Assembly (NCBI GenBank): GCA_032128875.1
Contig: JAVLKG010000010.1
Span: 160,996-224,995 of the forward strand
DNA length: 64,000 nt
Direction of reading: 5' to 3'
Source of the DNA: Candidatus Melainabacteria bacterium 17Bon1m
GTDB lineage: Bacteria; Cyanobacteriota; Vampirovibrionia; Obscuribacterales; Obscuribacteraceae
The translations under genes and the position numbers were made by a program. The notes under the pieces were generated by a model, which was not told the origin of the DNA, did no database searches, and saw only the letters and a program-made list of their open reading frames with translations. Positions 23,101-30,900 of the stretch are shown in pieces (positions within the stretch are counted from its first letter, which is position 1; each line of letters starts with the position of its first letter).

Positions 23101-23147
23101 TTTTTAGGCTGCTCATCAACTTCTTTCTGTTTGATTGGCTCAGTCAT
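11184..23147 (-). CDS. Giant 3987-aa protein: YD/RHS-like repeat N-terminus, coiled coil, TDPKTG repeats, Pro-rich region, C-terminal LysM-LysM-Zn ribbon-conserved terminal domain
   Basis: YD-like units (e.g. TYTYDAATG, FEYTHDKDGNLT). LysM motifs YLVRPNDTIESIA and YNVRLGDTLRSVA, followed by CPQC...CPGC. No N-terminal signal peptide. Confidence 0.9.
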   Translation of the reverse strand: MTEPIKQKEVDEQPKKPAPEKDTQLDPLQYLKEKPPETKTEVPTQFGATPEMFDSAADQKFPAKFTPDKTSPAGTTAGSSVERNDAQQLTKVVDAQGRTTTFERGADGEITAFKTGTSDQAAMKLSQQGLVGKNGETYNEYTLANGQTWRGRIETDKPEPGQVTFTKFEGDGANAVAGARVTHRPDGTTHSEYPAVPGTDVRYSVDTRADGVVNKVTDQNGIEYSGSRLTFDAATGNVSYTSAGGREVTVRQDGSREVVNVDKSRVELDAMGRPTQTFDSNNKPLATYTYDAATGEASSIFVHQAKDAKQVGEYRNVDGKWVRPEDNVMLGADGKAQINYDGSYSVKVADGVTERRNTDGSVVTSQQMIDMVNGQQVQVDKVTHVTTADGKNFDFTYGRTTDGKLEVQSVTNREGTWTTDLSKPEGDNGRTYTRTKDGKPVLNDKGQPITWDGKISVNDRGEYSYSTKLENGQWGTVSELTDGTQRIEDPTLSGAIERNDNGQIVRVTNARGETTEFTSWDKDGNPTQFKDYQGKTWTNKDGIWTNNKTDDSRSGNVTVDQHTGDVIFTDFNGKRDISHLDGSRFVERNDGTTLEVGTDGYLKAVNAPGEKKDSPAERFEYTHDKDGNLTAFKMPDGREFKRQDDGTYTDGKAVVKDVNVEQTKSWALGNLKYTDASTGQVYRYNGDGSETISNSKGQLEQIKQGNGDIHTFTRTPITDDEGNVIGEQTTLKLQNGSQYTTTDGENWTGTDKGTKPQTVRSGMSVIAANDGYLAISGNGHYETYLADGATRLESHNDTTSRSISTDRYGRVERLQDGSGNYNTFEYDDKIPGGISRFSDERGIWKTTDGQKWSLVDEYSDKPVKKDGKPVESSFTLTVTKDSFSQKMIGGDTIEKLGDGKMRVTKPDGMVLNYDSYKDKDGGMQQVLRDSIDQSGKKISYEYTMPGPDNNLTKPEMSHVTVKDAQGNPILVNGKPMELFVRQEDGLNVAYKDANFDPKTKVGEFNVGDNGRPRMTLVDGRTAELQLDGSILMKDKQGKLSGIVGTNTGDMLNNYTQIERDSSGQIIGMTKGNERWQATVENGKVTGWQRMTGTMELDEAGKPKLGENQLPVMKWTATDEKANSILVDEKTGAVSIFKDGSWTVRQATGASTESFRTSAPTGSIADIFPDRIINRNEKGEIISTQAGLLATPTKFDDPRPAADRPQGVTGPTFVSNGFEGMQMNKDGTWSKVQLNNNGEWVAVAGAENQKISLQVNAANGDRTWVGADGKPVKIDHANNEKTIFNTDNSSIHISADGKTTTYSQAEVNGVKRDVTVGPTGTDVRVYDAKTGQTTVMHQDVNSDKFTTRTYKNGIETPESIANPIVQNGKITVNTTTSVGQAEITTTGAGGATRQLNMNGSITDKPPTVVAPEKVNLNAGGPLGGGVLNPGTGKTNEGPVVRNPDGTIAGTTKSNEPVVVNRGATPLPNSGIVPVEVKKDGAATVPAGVDASIKARQEALARVPADQQPVTPVRAGGPQADVPTFEQARNQAKAAADAAAVEAAKKLTTANTDLAKLDAAATVLQQQQQKVEASQVSLDLARSQQFLANQQLETLRRDAAALAGRSDLSTADVQRQAEITRKIADAERSRQEALQVQSNTQIAKAEELRVVAETQRRVADQLANPVEQQKAIAQAESYRQAILQVQAESKENAALAERAKVAVAEANNNALQAQRQVEQRAVETAKAQATSEAQKLDQANKQLAEQTKQVADAQKAKADAQAALDQQKQQQQQQTTQPTAQQLADKKAAEEKLQAATARLETEQAKLKTMSDAVTAATQKVETAQAAVVAAEKRLEQANTALREQTPIETIKTQVNAAAGRYEQEAQAIRAEIEHIRVAASAPVVEADRREPVVVKQPVVSGNTEHQRDVVTGADVKGATDIKGATDIKAMPLNPSGQVTTATITGVNSQGQATTADGKVLVDSQGKPIMAAELRNYTTADGKITVVDGKALSNNELSNMSVDQLRGIIANMPKDRVGELALMLPPDKAAQLGLRTDPSVPVNTEVIKQGGQIVVPPTTGNTQDPLKTGTGTGSVVAIDPSKILTGGTTGNGTNTGTAADPKSGANAGTAVDPKAGANAGTTVDPKAGPNAGTNVDPKAGTNTGTSADPKATASAGTNVDPKGGTATAGTNVDPKAGTTSNVDLAKGTAPAGTTTTVDPKSATTHVDPKTGAVVSTDPKAGTATTADPKTGAAVTTDPKAGTATATDPKTGTAVTTDPKTGAVVATDPKTGAPVTTDPKTGTTTNADPAKSSVPAATDPKTGAPVATDPKTGAVVATDPKTGQPVATDPKTGTPVATDPKTGQPVATDPKTGTPVATDPKTGQPVATDPAKSATPVATDPKTGQPVATDPKTGTPVATDPKTGQPVATDPAKNATPVATDPKTGQPVATDPKTGTPVATDPKTGTPTTADPAKSTTPVATDPKTGQPVANDPKTGTPVATDPKTGAPIATDPKTGTPVSADPAKSTTPGNVSTDPKTGSPVATDPKTGAPIATDPKTGTPVSADPAKSTTTGSISTDPKTGSPVATDPKTGSPVATDPKTGAPIATDPKTSSPVSQDPSKTTTTTSTTTTSIDPKSPTTTTSTTPTATDPAKSTTASGTSNTGSVVQDPKTGSPVATDPKTGTPVATDPKTGPVVTADPKTGAVTITDPKTGVSVSIDPSKVVAGTGAVTSDPSGKPAAGTTSSGTQEQKQNTSTTADPTGVKQLPAAASADPNAPKQASTGTADPTNTKPTTSEPSKVQTPTNDPNIKVVTTAPVSAGSSSSASQPTYSVTTDKSGTIVATATDNNGGVVTTIAFNTKTGMLVSTVNDPQTGKVISVTTYAPGEAGKTYTQTNDGFVYDPSQVKPPIALPVDSGTKSGGSTWSVAADTTGKPTYTFNPGDSPVLNVGSGSGSQAGGTFRIELGSAPQGTSDSTLVIRLGAGVKTPAGDFEIQFVVPAGYTPPQGGTTVIMADPETAAQASSGNTRITYVNPDGTPATNVPSGNGSVLWTDLDGHLLPPAQSTGTVEVQPAAGTNGGTQQQPTQTQSGQAPSTTDPFTTVPATGVQYPTNYDGSQQTQQPQYPINIGNGDVNVGIGINPYTGDPTVHVGLGPVRIDFGGGTPTTSVPVVQPNPYTPEYQPPQQTNTGIVPTNSGSYVDPYGAEHWYDPIGQIVRTVTPDGTNVIYNDDGSRLVYGGNSSTPAFVPPVDSGQIYSGTQVPITPPITPPMTDPYVGTVPNYGTPTQPPVNYGDPLNPGGYPNTPINDPYVPSVPNPNAPGNFTPQPTPPLPFEPVAPTSSTPSAPAPAAGSDPLNPVQQTHQQQPQQNPIAAQKQEEPEDIANKLDVNFEPMRPEHAEPKAEPKPIIIDEKEDPKDSSGSLLSDYENRVREHQDVVHYDGAEGLKGRGFENDQNSQVSHAEAIAMAQETQSAINALIQHLSDERQTDYKEAVQAEDRKYADIAEDIRESKEREDDTYRRHAELIADLKEKEMEGYKQRDEAEREKKEKDEENSKKLTDTMLTALANRRENDAITKARQDAFWAEQQKKEEQVRQDNKQTKYLVRPNDTIESIAAKRLRDPKLADLIYQINKDKIEIKMVNGKKVYVVKEGIVLTLPSPRQIREFRQQQRLELFTAQDSSGENVVSIDAKAAADQRRANVEKLLGKIGNAVDTASQKYNVRLGDTLRSVAMKHPQLGDVTLWKLLAEKNGLPTTTDHKGVPTAALRRGTQIVLPTTEEIAQYRDRMRGESITSWSSSKFETASRQCPQCHRLTTTEASSCPGCTYSFNGIGKEVDVEVVNQPLIAASTKTATITSAVPVPRIVQEDVSEASTISLDGGDDDNTVVTGGKANSFNVLSENLDPVERKWVEETILNSLIEKLGENCRVVESTSPDGNSIRTQLEVLTGEVWIPILSYEINENTSVRHEFASDGKQRTMPIDLPASAAQELIHNDLQSNWQEYCRKFLAGKRLTA
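15080..16860 (-). repeat. Coding tandem repeat, ~10-aa unit (PVA)TDPKTG, roughly 50 imperfect copies
   Basis: GTCTTCGGATC-like motif recurs with ~30-bp periodicity on the + strand. Copy number estimated by eye. Confidence 0.9.
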
Positions 23148-23183
23148 TCGCCAGTGAACGTCCGGTGAAGTGGAGAATCTGGA

Positions 23184-23282
23184 TTACTTGGTAAGGGACT
23201 CGTGATAGCCTGGAAGTGGCTCAATGCTGACTTCTGCAACCGCCGCCGGGCTGATGAGGTCCTTTTGGCTGCGCGTTGTCAA
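23184..23282 (-). CDS. Possible 32-aa upstream ORF, in frame with the giant gene
   Basis: AGGAG SD at 23292-23288, then TTG at 23282. Encodes MTTRSQKDLISPAAVAEVSIEPLPGYHESLTK*; the stop lies 36 nt before ATG 23147. Confidence 0.3.
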   Translation of the reverse strand: MTTRSQKDLISPAAVAEVSIEPLPGYHESLTK

Positions 23283-23409
23283 TGGTACTCCTATGCAGTA
23301 ATTATTACTGTCGTCTAATTTACATTTGCACCAAAAACACCGTCTTCCAACGCCAAATCAGGCATCGAAAGTGCTTAAATTTTGCTAATATGAAAAATGA
23401 TTAAACCGA

Positions 23410-26400
23410 TTAATCGATTGGTTTACCTAGAAATCGACTGCAATAACCCTTCCAATTGGAATTCAGGTCATTGACGGCAAGTTCACGCGCCGCTTGAGGC
23501 GGCAAATCGATTCGTACCGAGCGTTTGCGCCCATCCTGAGTGAACTCATTGCGCATGGATACATCATCATAAATTTCATACGAAACAACCGGCTCCCAGC
23601 CGTTTCCTCGGGATACTTCCAGTTGGCAAACGACACCCTGCCCATCGCACTTAACAATGCGGCATTCGTCATTTAGCTGGTCCATGGTGTGATTGCCTGT
23701 CGTGAATCGAGTCGGCGCATCCTCGTCGGCAACAGGTGGCTGTACGAAGACTGTTTTCGCATCTTCGAGCGAGGTGCTTACACCGCCTGATTGCGCGTGA
23801 TGAGCTTGAACGGGTTGCGCTTGAACCGGTTGCGCTTGAACCGGCTGTGCTTGCTGCAACCGCACGGTATCTTGGTACGAACGATCTTGAGCCACTTCAC
23901 GCGCAGCGGGTCGCACATTAGTGTCACCGCCTTCGCCGCCATCCCCACCGCAAACAGGTGCAAAAGCCGCCCCACAAGCGGGACAAATTGTTGCGCTGTT
24001 AACGGTCATACGACCACAGCCTTCGCATAGCTTGGTAGCAACTTCAGTTACTACCCCAGCAGTTCTGACACCACCAGTAGTGAGCACCGCATTTGGTGCA
24101 CCAGCCAACTGAGCACGGTAGCCTTCCACATCAACATTGCTAGGTATCATGAGAATCGCACCGCGAGTCAAGGTTGCAACTGGAGCCCCCTTGCTATCGG
24201 TCTCTGTGGATATTCCGTTTACCTCTGCAAGCAGCTTCCAGAGATTGACGTCTTGCAATGCCGGGTGCTTCATCGCGACAGATTTGAGGCTGTCGCCCAG
24301 TCTAGCTATATACTTGATCCTGCCGTCAGCAGGCTTTGCCCGGCCTATCGGCCCCAGCAAGCTTTCGATATTGGCTCTCTTCTTCTGCGCGGCTTCCATA
24401 GCTGATGCCGCCAGGGCCGCAGTCACTTCCGCCGATGTCGCTGGTTGAGAGCCAGGAACGGTTGCAGGTCCACCAGTTAGTCCGGGTACGACTGTCGCAG
24501 CTCCGCCGGTTGCAGGTGCACCGGTCGCGGGTCCGCCTGATCCTGTCTTGTTGCCTGACCAACCTGCGCCAAAGCGGGCAATAAGCTCTTCGTCGGCAGT
24601 CATTTTCTTGTCCGGCGTACCAGATGCTCTGGCGCCCGCCACACCGCCTTTCCTGAACTCTTCAATTTCAGTGGTCGACGGCAACCAGATAATCATCTTC
24701 GGCTTGAGATCCGGCACTTGTTTGCCGTTCTCGACACGCAGCAGGATGACTTCTTTGTTGATCTCGTAAATGAGCGGAGAAAGTTTGACATCGCGCAACT
24801 GAGTTGTGGCAATGCTTTGCAGAGTATCCTTTTCGCGCACGATGTAGCGACGGCGTTTTTCCCTGTCGCGCTGTTTGTCCTTCTCGTCTGACTTTTCCTT
24901 TTCCTTCTGCTCCTGCTCCAATTGCTTGCGTTTCTTCTCCGCCAGCGCAGCGAGCATAAGAGCATCGAGACGAGCCTTTTCTTCGCGCTTATGTTGGTCT
25001 TCCTTCTCGCGCTTCTCTTTCTCTTCTTCTTCCTTTTTCTCGCGCTTGGCTTTCTCGTCGAGGAATTTCTCGTCTTTTCTATCTAAGGGATTGAGAGCAT
25101 CCGGGCGATCAGATTTTGCCTCAACTGTCTTGGAGCCAGGCAATGCGATGTCCTGTTGTCTCTGCGCTTGGATGGCATCAGGCTTGGCGATATTTGCTTC
25201 GGGCTTGCCTTCAGCTTTGACCAGGTCCGGTTTGACTTCAGGGCGATTAGAAATATCCATGCGTGCAGCGTTTTGCGCGGCCGCTTGAGCGGCATCCATG
25301 CGCGCCTGCGGTCCTTCAAAACGAGCGCCAGGACCAATTTCACGCCCAGCTTGCTGACCCTCCTGACCAGTTGGTCTGGTCGCCTGCTGAACGGGATCTT
25401 TTCCGGCTCTGAGATCGAGCATCTGACGAATCGCCATCTCTTGTGCCGGGGTGATTCTTGCCACCAGCGCCATTGCGTCTGCTCTCTCGTTCATCTGACG
25501 ATTGATGCCGTTTTGCTCCATTGCTGCAAGGCGTTCGCCTGGACGAGTAGGGTCGAGCTTTCTACCAAGAATGTCTTCGATCCTGAGTGCATTCTTGGAG
25601 CCGTCTACACCAAGCTGTTTATTGACGTCGCCCAGCATTTTGGTCAGGTCACTGAGCAAGCGCTGAGTATCTTTCGCGCTCAAAGTTTGATTGTTGATCG
25701 CATCCTTACTTCCCTTCATGAAGTCGTACAGGCGCTCCGTCGGGTTTTTCATACCATCGGACAAGCCCATCAGCTCTTTGACTCGAGCAGGATTGAACTT
25801 GCCGTCAGTCGAGCCCTCCGTCAAGAATTTGGTCAGGCGATCTGCTTTAGAAGGATCAAGGCCTTTAAAGATATCTTCTACTCTTTGGCCTTTAGTCATC
25901 TCGAGGCGCTTCATCGCGTCGGAAAGAAACTCGCGTGTCGCCTTGTCATTCATGTCAAAACCAGGAATTCCTTTCTGGTTCTGTCCACCTTTTATTGCAT
26001 CGAGAGCGCGACTGGCTTGGTCGCCACCATCCTGACGCCCACGCATAGTGAGGTCACCGCCTCTGCCATCTTTATCGCGCGCCTCGGCCCATTTCTGTTG
26101 AAATTGAGCCAGCATTTCGGGATTGTTTTTGAATTTGTTTTCCCAGTTAGGTGGAAACGGCTGATCTTTGGGTTGACCCTTGAGCTCTTGAAGTTTTGCC
26201 CATTCAGCCTGGCGTTGGCCAATATCGAATCCGGGACGCGCTTCACCAGACTTGAGCCCAGGGGGATTGAATTGTTCGCTGCGCTCAACCATTCCTTTTA
26301 TAAAGTCTGGGTTGTTGCGCGGATTGCGATCTCCACCTTCAATTGGATTGTGACGCGGATTGCGATCGCCACCATCTATTGGATTGCCGCCCGGCAATTT

Positions 26401-27570
26401 GACGTCCGCTACTTTGACGTCGGCTGGTTTGAAATCGGGGCCTTTGATATCGCGCACCTGCTCCGGCTTTGGAGTAAAGCGCGCTTGCAATTGCTCAGGA
26501 TTGAAAGTCCCGTTATTTTCTCGCAATGCCAGCTTGGTCGAATTTGCGACCAGGCTTGCGCCTTCCGGGAACGCGCTTTGCAGTCCCCGTGCGGCTTCCT
26601 GGCGAACCTTCGGGTCAACGCCTTTTGCCAACGAATCAGCGTATGTTTGAGCTGCTTGTCTCTGGTTTTCAGTCCACTGAGCTACAGGCGGAACAACAGC
26701 TTCATTGCGGCGGCCGGGAACTGTATCGCGATCCTTACCTGTTCTTGGATCCGTAAGTGCGGCTGGTTGATCAGTCACGGCAGCAACCTTGCGCTCTGGA
26801 ACTGCCGCAACAACAGGTCGTTCTCCGCCAGAAGTCGTTTGAACCGGTGCTTCGAGTCCGTTTGCTTTTCGCTGTTCTCTCCAGAAACTGTCTCTCTGAT
26901 TTGCCGGCAACGCAGCAGCCTGTTCTGCGAGTTGTCTATATTGCTGCTGACCGACTTTCTCTCGCAGCTCATTCCTCTCAGAACCAGTGACACGCTTATC
27001 CGGCTGAATCGTTGGTTCGCCTTCAGTACGCTGACGCTTATTGCCTGGTTGAGGATCTGCAGAGCCGTCCGTGACAGTGCGTCGATTGGTAACACCTGCA
27101 GGTTGATCGACCACGGGATCTGCCGTTCTGCGCCCATTTGTCGAAGTCGGATTATCGACGGTAGCACCGCGTGGCGTAGCCAAATTTACTTCCGGAGGCC
27201 GCACACCATCTTTCGGTATACCAACCAGTCGAGGCGCCTCACCCTCACGACGCGGAGGGTCGATTCGATACTGTTGACCGTCTGTGGTAAAACCGAAAAC
27301 CTGGTTACCCTTTACTACAGTATTGAGCTTGAGCTGCGTTCCGTCAGCCTGAGTGAAAGTCTTTTCAGTCACCTGTCCGGGCGCACGGTCGTTAAGTTGA
27401 ATAGTCTTCGGTCGCTCGTCGAGTTGAGCACGAAACTGATCATGAGCCTCAAGAGGCTGCCCACCAGGAGCATCACCACCGGGATTTTGCTCGATTGGAG
27501 TTGTAGGCTTGACCAGCGTATCGACTTTTTCTTCGGCAGGTTGAGTCGTCTGGCGTGGCAACTGATTCAT
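23410..27570 (-). CDS. 1386-aa protein: low-complexity N-terminus, charged coiled coil, LysM-LysM-Zn ribbon-conserved terminal domain
   Basis: LysM motifs YIVREKDTLQSIA and YIARLGDSLKSVA, followed by CEGC...CPAC. C-terminus is homologous to those of both neighbours. AAGGGG SD. Confidence 0.9.
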   Translation of the reverse strand: MNQLPRQTTQPAEEKVDTLVKPTTPIEQNPGGDAPGGQPLEAHDQFRAQLDERPKTIQLNDRAPGQVTEKTFTQADGTQLKLNTVVKGNQVFGFTTDGQQYRIDPPRREGEAPRLVGIPKDGVRPPEVNLATPRGATVDNPTSTNGRRTADPVVDQPAGVTNRRTVTDGSADPQPGNKRQRTEGEPTIQPDKRVTGSERNELREKVGQQQYRQLAEQAAALPANQRDSFWREQRKANGLEAPVQTTSGGERPVVAAVPERKVAAVTDQPAALTDPRTGKDRDTVPGRRNEAVVPPVAQWTENQRQAAQTYADSLAKGVDPKVRQEAARGLQSAFPEGASLVANSTKLALRENNGTFNPEQLQARFTPKPEQVRDIKGPDFKPADVKVADVKLPGGNPIDGGDRNPRHNPIEGGDRNPRNNPDFIKGMVERSEQFNPPGLKSGEARPGFDIGQRQAEWAKLQELKGQPKDQPFPPNWENKFKNNPEMLAQFQQKWAEARDKDGRGGDLTMRGRQDGGDQASRALDAIKGGQNQKGIPGFDMNDKATREFLSDAMKRLEMTKGQRVEDIFKGLDPSKADRLTKFLTEGSTDGKFNPARVKELMGLSDGMKNPTERLYDFMKGSKDAINNQTLSAKDTQRLLSDLTKMLGDVNKQLGVDGSKNALRIEDILGRKLDPTRPGERLAAMEQNGINRQMNERADAMALVARITPAQEMAIRQMLDLRAGKDPVQQATRPTGQEGQQAGREIGPGARFEGPQARMDAAQAAAQNAARMDISNRPEVKPDLVKAEGKPEANIAKPDAIQAQRQQDIALPGSKTVEAKSDRPDALNPLDRKDEKFLDEKAKREKKEEEEKEKREKEDQHKREEKARLDALMLAALAEKKRKQLEQEQKEKEKSDEKDKQRDREKRRRYIVREKDTLQSIATTQLRDVKLSPLIYEINKEVILLRVENGKQVPDLKPKMIIWLPSTTEIEEFRKGGVAGARASGTPDKKMTADEELIARFGAGWSGNKTGSGGPATGAPATGGAATVVPGLTGGPATVPGSQPATSAEVTAALAASAMEAAQKKRANIESLLGPIGRAKPADGRIKYIARLGDSLKSVAMKHPALQDVNLWKLLAEVNGISTETDSKGAPVATLTRGAILMIPSNVDVEGYRAQLAGAPNAVLTTGGVRTAGVVTEVATKLCEGCGRMTVNSATICPACGAAFAPVCGGDGGEGGDTNVRPAAREVAQDRSYQDTVRLQQAQPVQAQPVQAQPVQAHHAQSGGVSTSLEDAKTVFVQPPVADEDAPTRFTTGNHTMDQLNDECRIVKCDGQGVVCQLEVSRGNGWEPVVSYEIYDDVSMRNEFTQDGRKRSVRIDLPPQAARELAVNDLNSNWKGYCSRFLGKPID

Positions 27571-27930
27571 TCAGCTTCCCCTTGGCGGAAATGATAAGGA
27601 GGTCTTGGACTCCATCCCTTTGGCTTATATGACTAGCTTAGTAAGTTGGCCTGCGGACGCGTCCGGCAAAAGGCCGGGCGCCTTAATAATAAGTCTGCCT
27701 ATTTGGGTTGTCAACAATTCGACACACCCGCCACATTTAATCTTTGCCGGTGTCTAGGGTCGATGCTGTCAAGGATAGATATCAACAAGGCTGGTTCGAT
27801 TTTCTAGGCAAGCAATGCACCCAATGAATTTTATGCTCATTGTTGTCGGCTTTTCATCCGACGTTATTGCTCGTTTTCATAACTAGAACCAAAAGACGTT
27901 ACTCCAACACCCAGGAAAACGGCAATTAGT

Positions 27931-30900
27931 ATGGATTCTGTCCTTTCAAGCAACACAAATGAGCAAGTAGTCGGCAAAAACGGCCAAGGCTCTCCTGAAA
28001 ATCCAGATAAAGAACACGATGGTGACTTCGACGAAAGTCATCAGCGTTTGCTCTTTGGAGGAACGAGCGCGCCCGCTGGCGATGCGCAAAATGAAAGTAC
28101 AATTGCCGCAGCACCCAAACCAGGGCAACCAGTATCGCGCGCACGCGAAAGCACAGACGATCTCAATCTTGTTGCAATTTCCGGAATTACAGCAAACGGA
28201 AAAGCAGACGTCAAACCTATTACGCCTACATACGAAGTCAGCCCTTCCAATCCCTTACCGGCCCTGGCAAAGACTGGTGTTGCCACCACTGTCAGTTTGC
28301 AAACACCAACCACTGATAATGCTGTTCCATCCGGACGCCGCTCGGGCGCCACAGACAAAATTGCCGTTCAACTTACTGAAGATGCGACTCCAAAACCAAT
28401 TATTTCTCAGGAAATCAGACTGGACCAATTGGATAAGGATACAAAACACAGAGTTGTCGCCGCCAGCGTCAACAGCTTGTTCGAGCGGCTTGGACAGCCG
28501 GTTCCGACGGGACAAGGCGACGACAATGCAAGACCGATCGTATCTCCTGCCACCGCTTCCAGAAAGGCAAATGGTAGCGGCGACGCTCAAGTGTTCAGCT
28601 CAAATTCTCCAGCAACAATTGCGTCCGGACAAGCAGAAGCAAGGCTGCCAATCAATCAACCAGTCAGTTCAACCAAAGCCGCTCTGGATAGTTTAATACC
28701 AGCAAAACCAGCCGTAGAAGTGAAAGAAATAAACGCACCGGCGAGTCGTATCACTACTGATGTACGCGCGACCGGCAATGTAATTCAATCACCATTGTCA
28801 GAACCGATTAGCACCACCGCCGGTGCGCGAGTAAAATCCATCGCAGAACCAACAGGTGACAATTGTCCCGTACTGCCAAGGGTAATTGGTAGGCAAATTG
28901 TCGAAAACACAGGTACTCAGCTCCCTCCAGGAACTATTGCCGGAGACCTGGTTGGCGTGAACAGAGCGGCCACCAGCAATCGTGCCTTGATTCCTGACCA
29001 GCCGTTAACTGCTCCTAAATATCCCACACCGGTCGAAACTTCCATCGCACGCGCCAAATCAATCGACACATATGCTGGCGTTCCAACTCCCGCCGTGCCG
29101 GATTTGACAGGACAACGTCCGGCAGGAACAACAACGCCTGAAAAACTGATTGGAGACAACAGACTTCCAGTGGTCAAACCAACAGGCGTGATTAATGAAA
29201 CTGGCGTTCTTCCCACAGTGATCAGCGGAAAAGATGGCGCTGTAATAGTACCTAGCCCAGCAGGCGAAAGAGATGTTCGTCGCAATGTGCTAAACATCTT
29301 GCCTGCCGTAACAGAACAAGTTGCCGTACAACTGGCTCCGCAAGTCAAAGCGGGTCTAAGAACCAATGCAGATGGAACACCAGTAAAAGTTGAAGGACCG
29401 TTGCCAATGCCCGTACCGGGTCCTTCCAACAAAATCGAAGCTCCGCAGACGGCACAGCCGGCCGCAAGAGTGGACATTCCGCTGCCCGGAGTAGAAATCA
29501 AAGTTGTCGGCTCGACAGTGACGATTACTGGTCCAAAATCGGAAGTCCAGCCTATTTTGCAAAATCCAGCGACTGCAAAACCTGAAGTCACAGGAAGAGT
29601 TCAGGACGGGATCAAACCAGCGTCTCCCCTCGAAACCGTCAACCAAACCGTTGGAACTACGGCTGCTCGCGTAATTTTGCAAAATGCCGAACAGCTCTTG
29701 CAACCAAACAACAGCTTGCCGCGCACAGAAATACCGGCCAATGTAGTGCGCAACGGAGACCAGATCAACCCGCCAAGCACGCCTGGTGCTCGCCATGGCG
29801 AACTGCCAACTGGAGTAAAGACACCAGACGGCACAGTGGTCGACAGAACAGGCAAACCAATTGAGCCCGGAGCAACTACCGACAGAACCGGCGCAAAAAT
29901 CTCCGACAATCCTAACGCTACGCCTGGCACTACCAATGGTGCAATACAAGGAACTATCCCTGGAGCCGACAGAGGCTTGCCGACTGACAAATCATTGCCA
30001 CGAGCTACTGATCCAACTATTGCAACTGACAAAGGAATTCCGAAAGCAGTTGACGGACGTCCTGGAGATGTCGCTCGCAGTGGAGAGCAAACTGTCCCTG
30101 GTGTTCGCAGTGGTGAGCAGGCTGTACCTGGTGCCCGCAATGGAGAACAAGCTGTTCCCGGTGCTCGCAACGGAGAGCAAACCGCCCCCGGTGCTCGCAA
30201 TGGAGAACAAACCGCTCCTGGCGCTCGCAACGGAGAACAAACCACACCTGGCGCTCGCAGCAGCGAATCCACTCGCACCGCTGACGGTACCGTCAAAACT
30301 TCCAGCGAAGCGATGGCTCGCAAAGATGATAGCGCTTTCAAGACAGCCGATGCTATGCCCAAGCCAGTCGAAAGCGGCATGAAGTCCGGCGAATCAAACA
30401 CCCGTGTTGTTGAATCGACATCTAAGGTTTCAGAGTCTGGCTCAAAAGTAGTAGCCGATGTACAAGTCAAAGCAAACGGAGAAGCTGTTGCCACTAACAA
30501 GCCTATCGAACTGGCAGGTAAAGTAGCCAGCGAAATCGCATCCGCTCAAAAAGTTCAGGATGGTCAAGTAAAGTCGGCAGACGTTGTATTGAAAGGCACC
30601 GATGTTGCAGGTCGCAGCATTGAAGCAAACATCAAAGCGCAAGACCTCAGTGCAAACAACGGGCAGCCGATTTTAAACGACAAAAATGTCAGACTTTCAG
30701 ATGTAATCGTCAGAGCGGCTGAGCAAGCGATTATCAAAGGCGCAGAAATCAACCAAACTGCAAAACTTGACTCTAATGTAAGAGTTTCCGAACAAAACGT
30801 TCAAAACTCGCATCTCGCACAAAACCTGCAAAATCTCCAAAACATTCAGAATGTTCAAAACGTAAATCCAGTAATTGCGAATCAACAGCAAAACAAGAAC

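Noticed and set aside
23251-23275. CTGATGAG hammerhead-ribozyme-like core
   Set aside because: No GAAA follows the putative stem II and no closing stems were found.
25156-27594. 812-aa + strand ORF (and similar ORFs at 11700-12968, 15213-16511 and 3942-4961)
   Set aside because: Antisense or alternate-frame shadows of long, biased or repetitive real genes; no recognisable motifs.
27571-27615. 14-codon in-frame upstream ORF ending directly before ATG 27570
   Set aside because: Its SD-like sequence abuts the ATG and the main gene has its own SD; likely chance.
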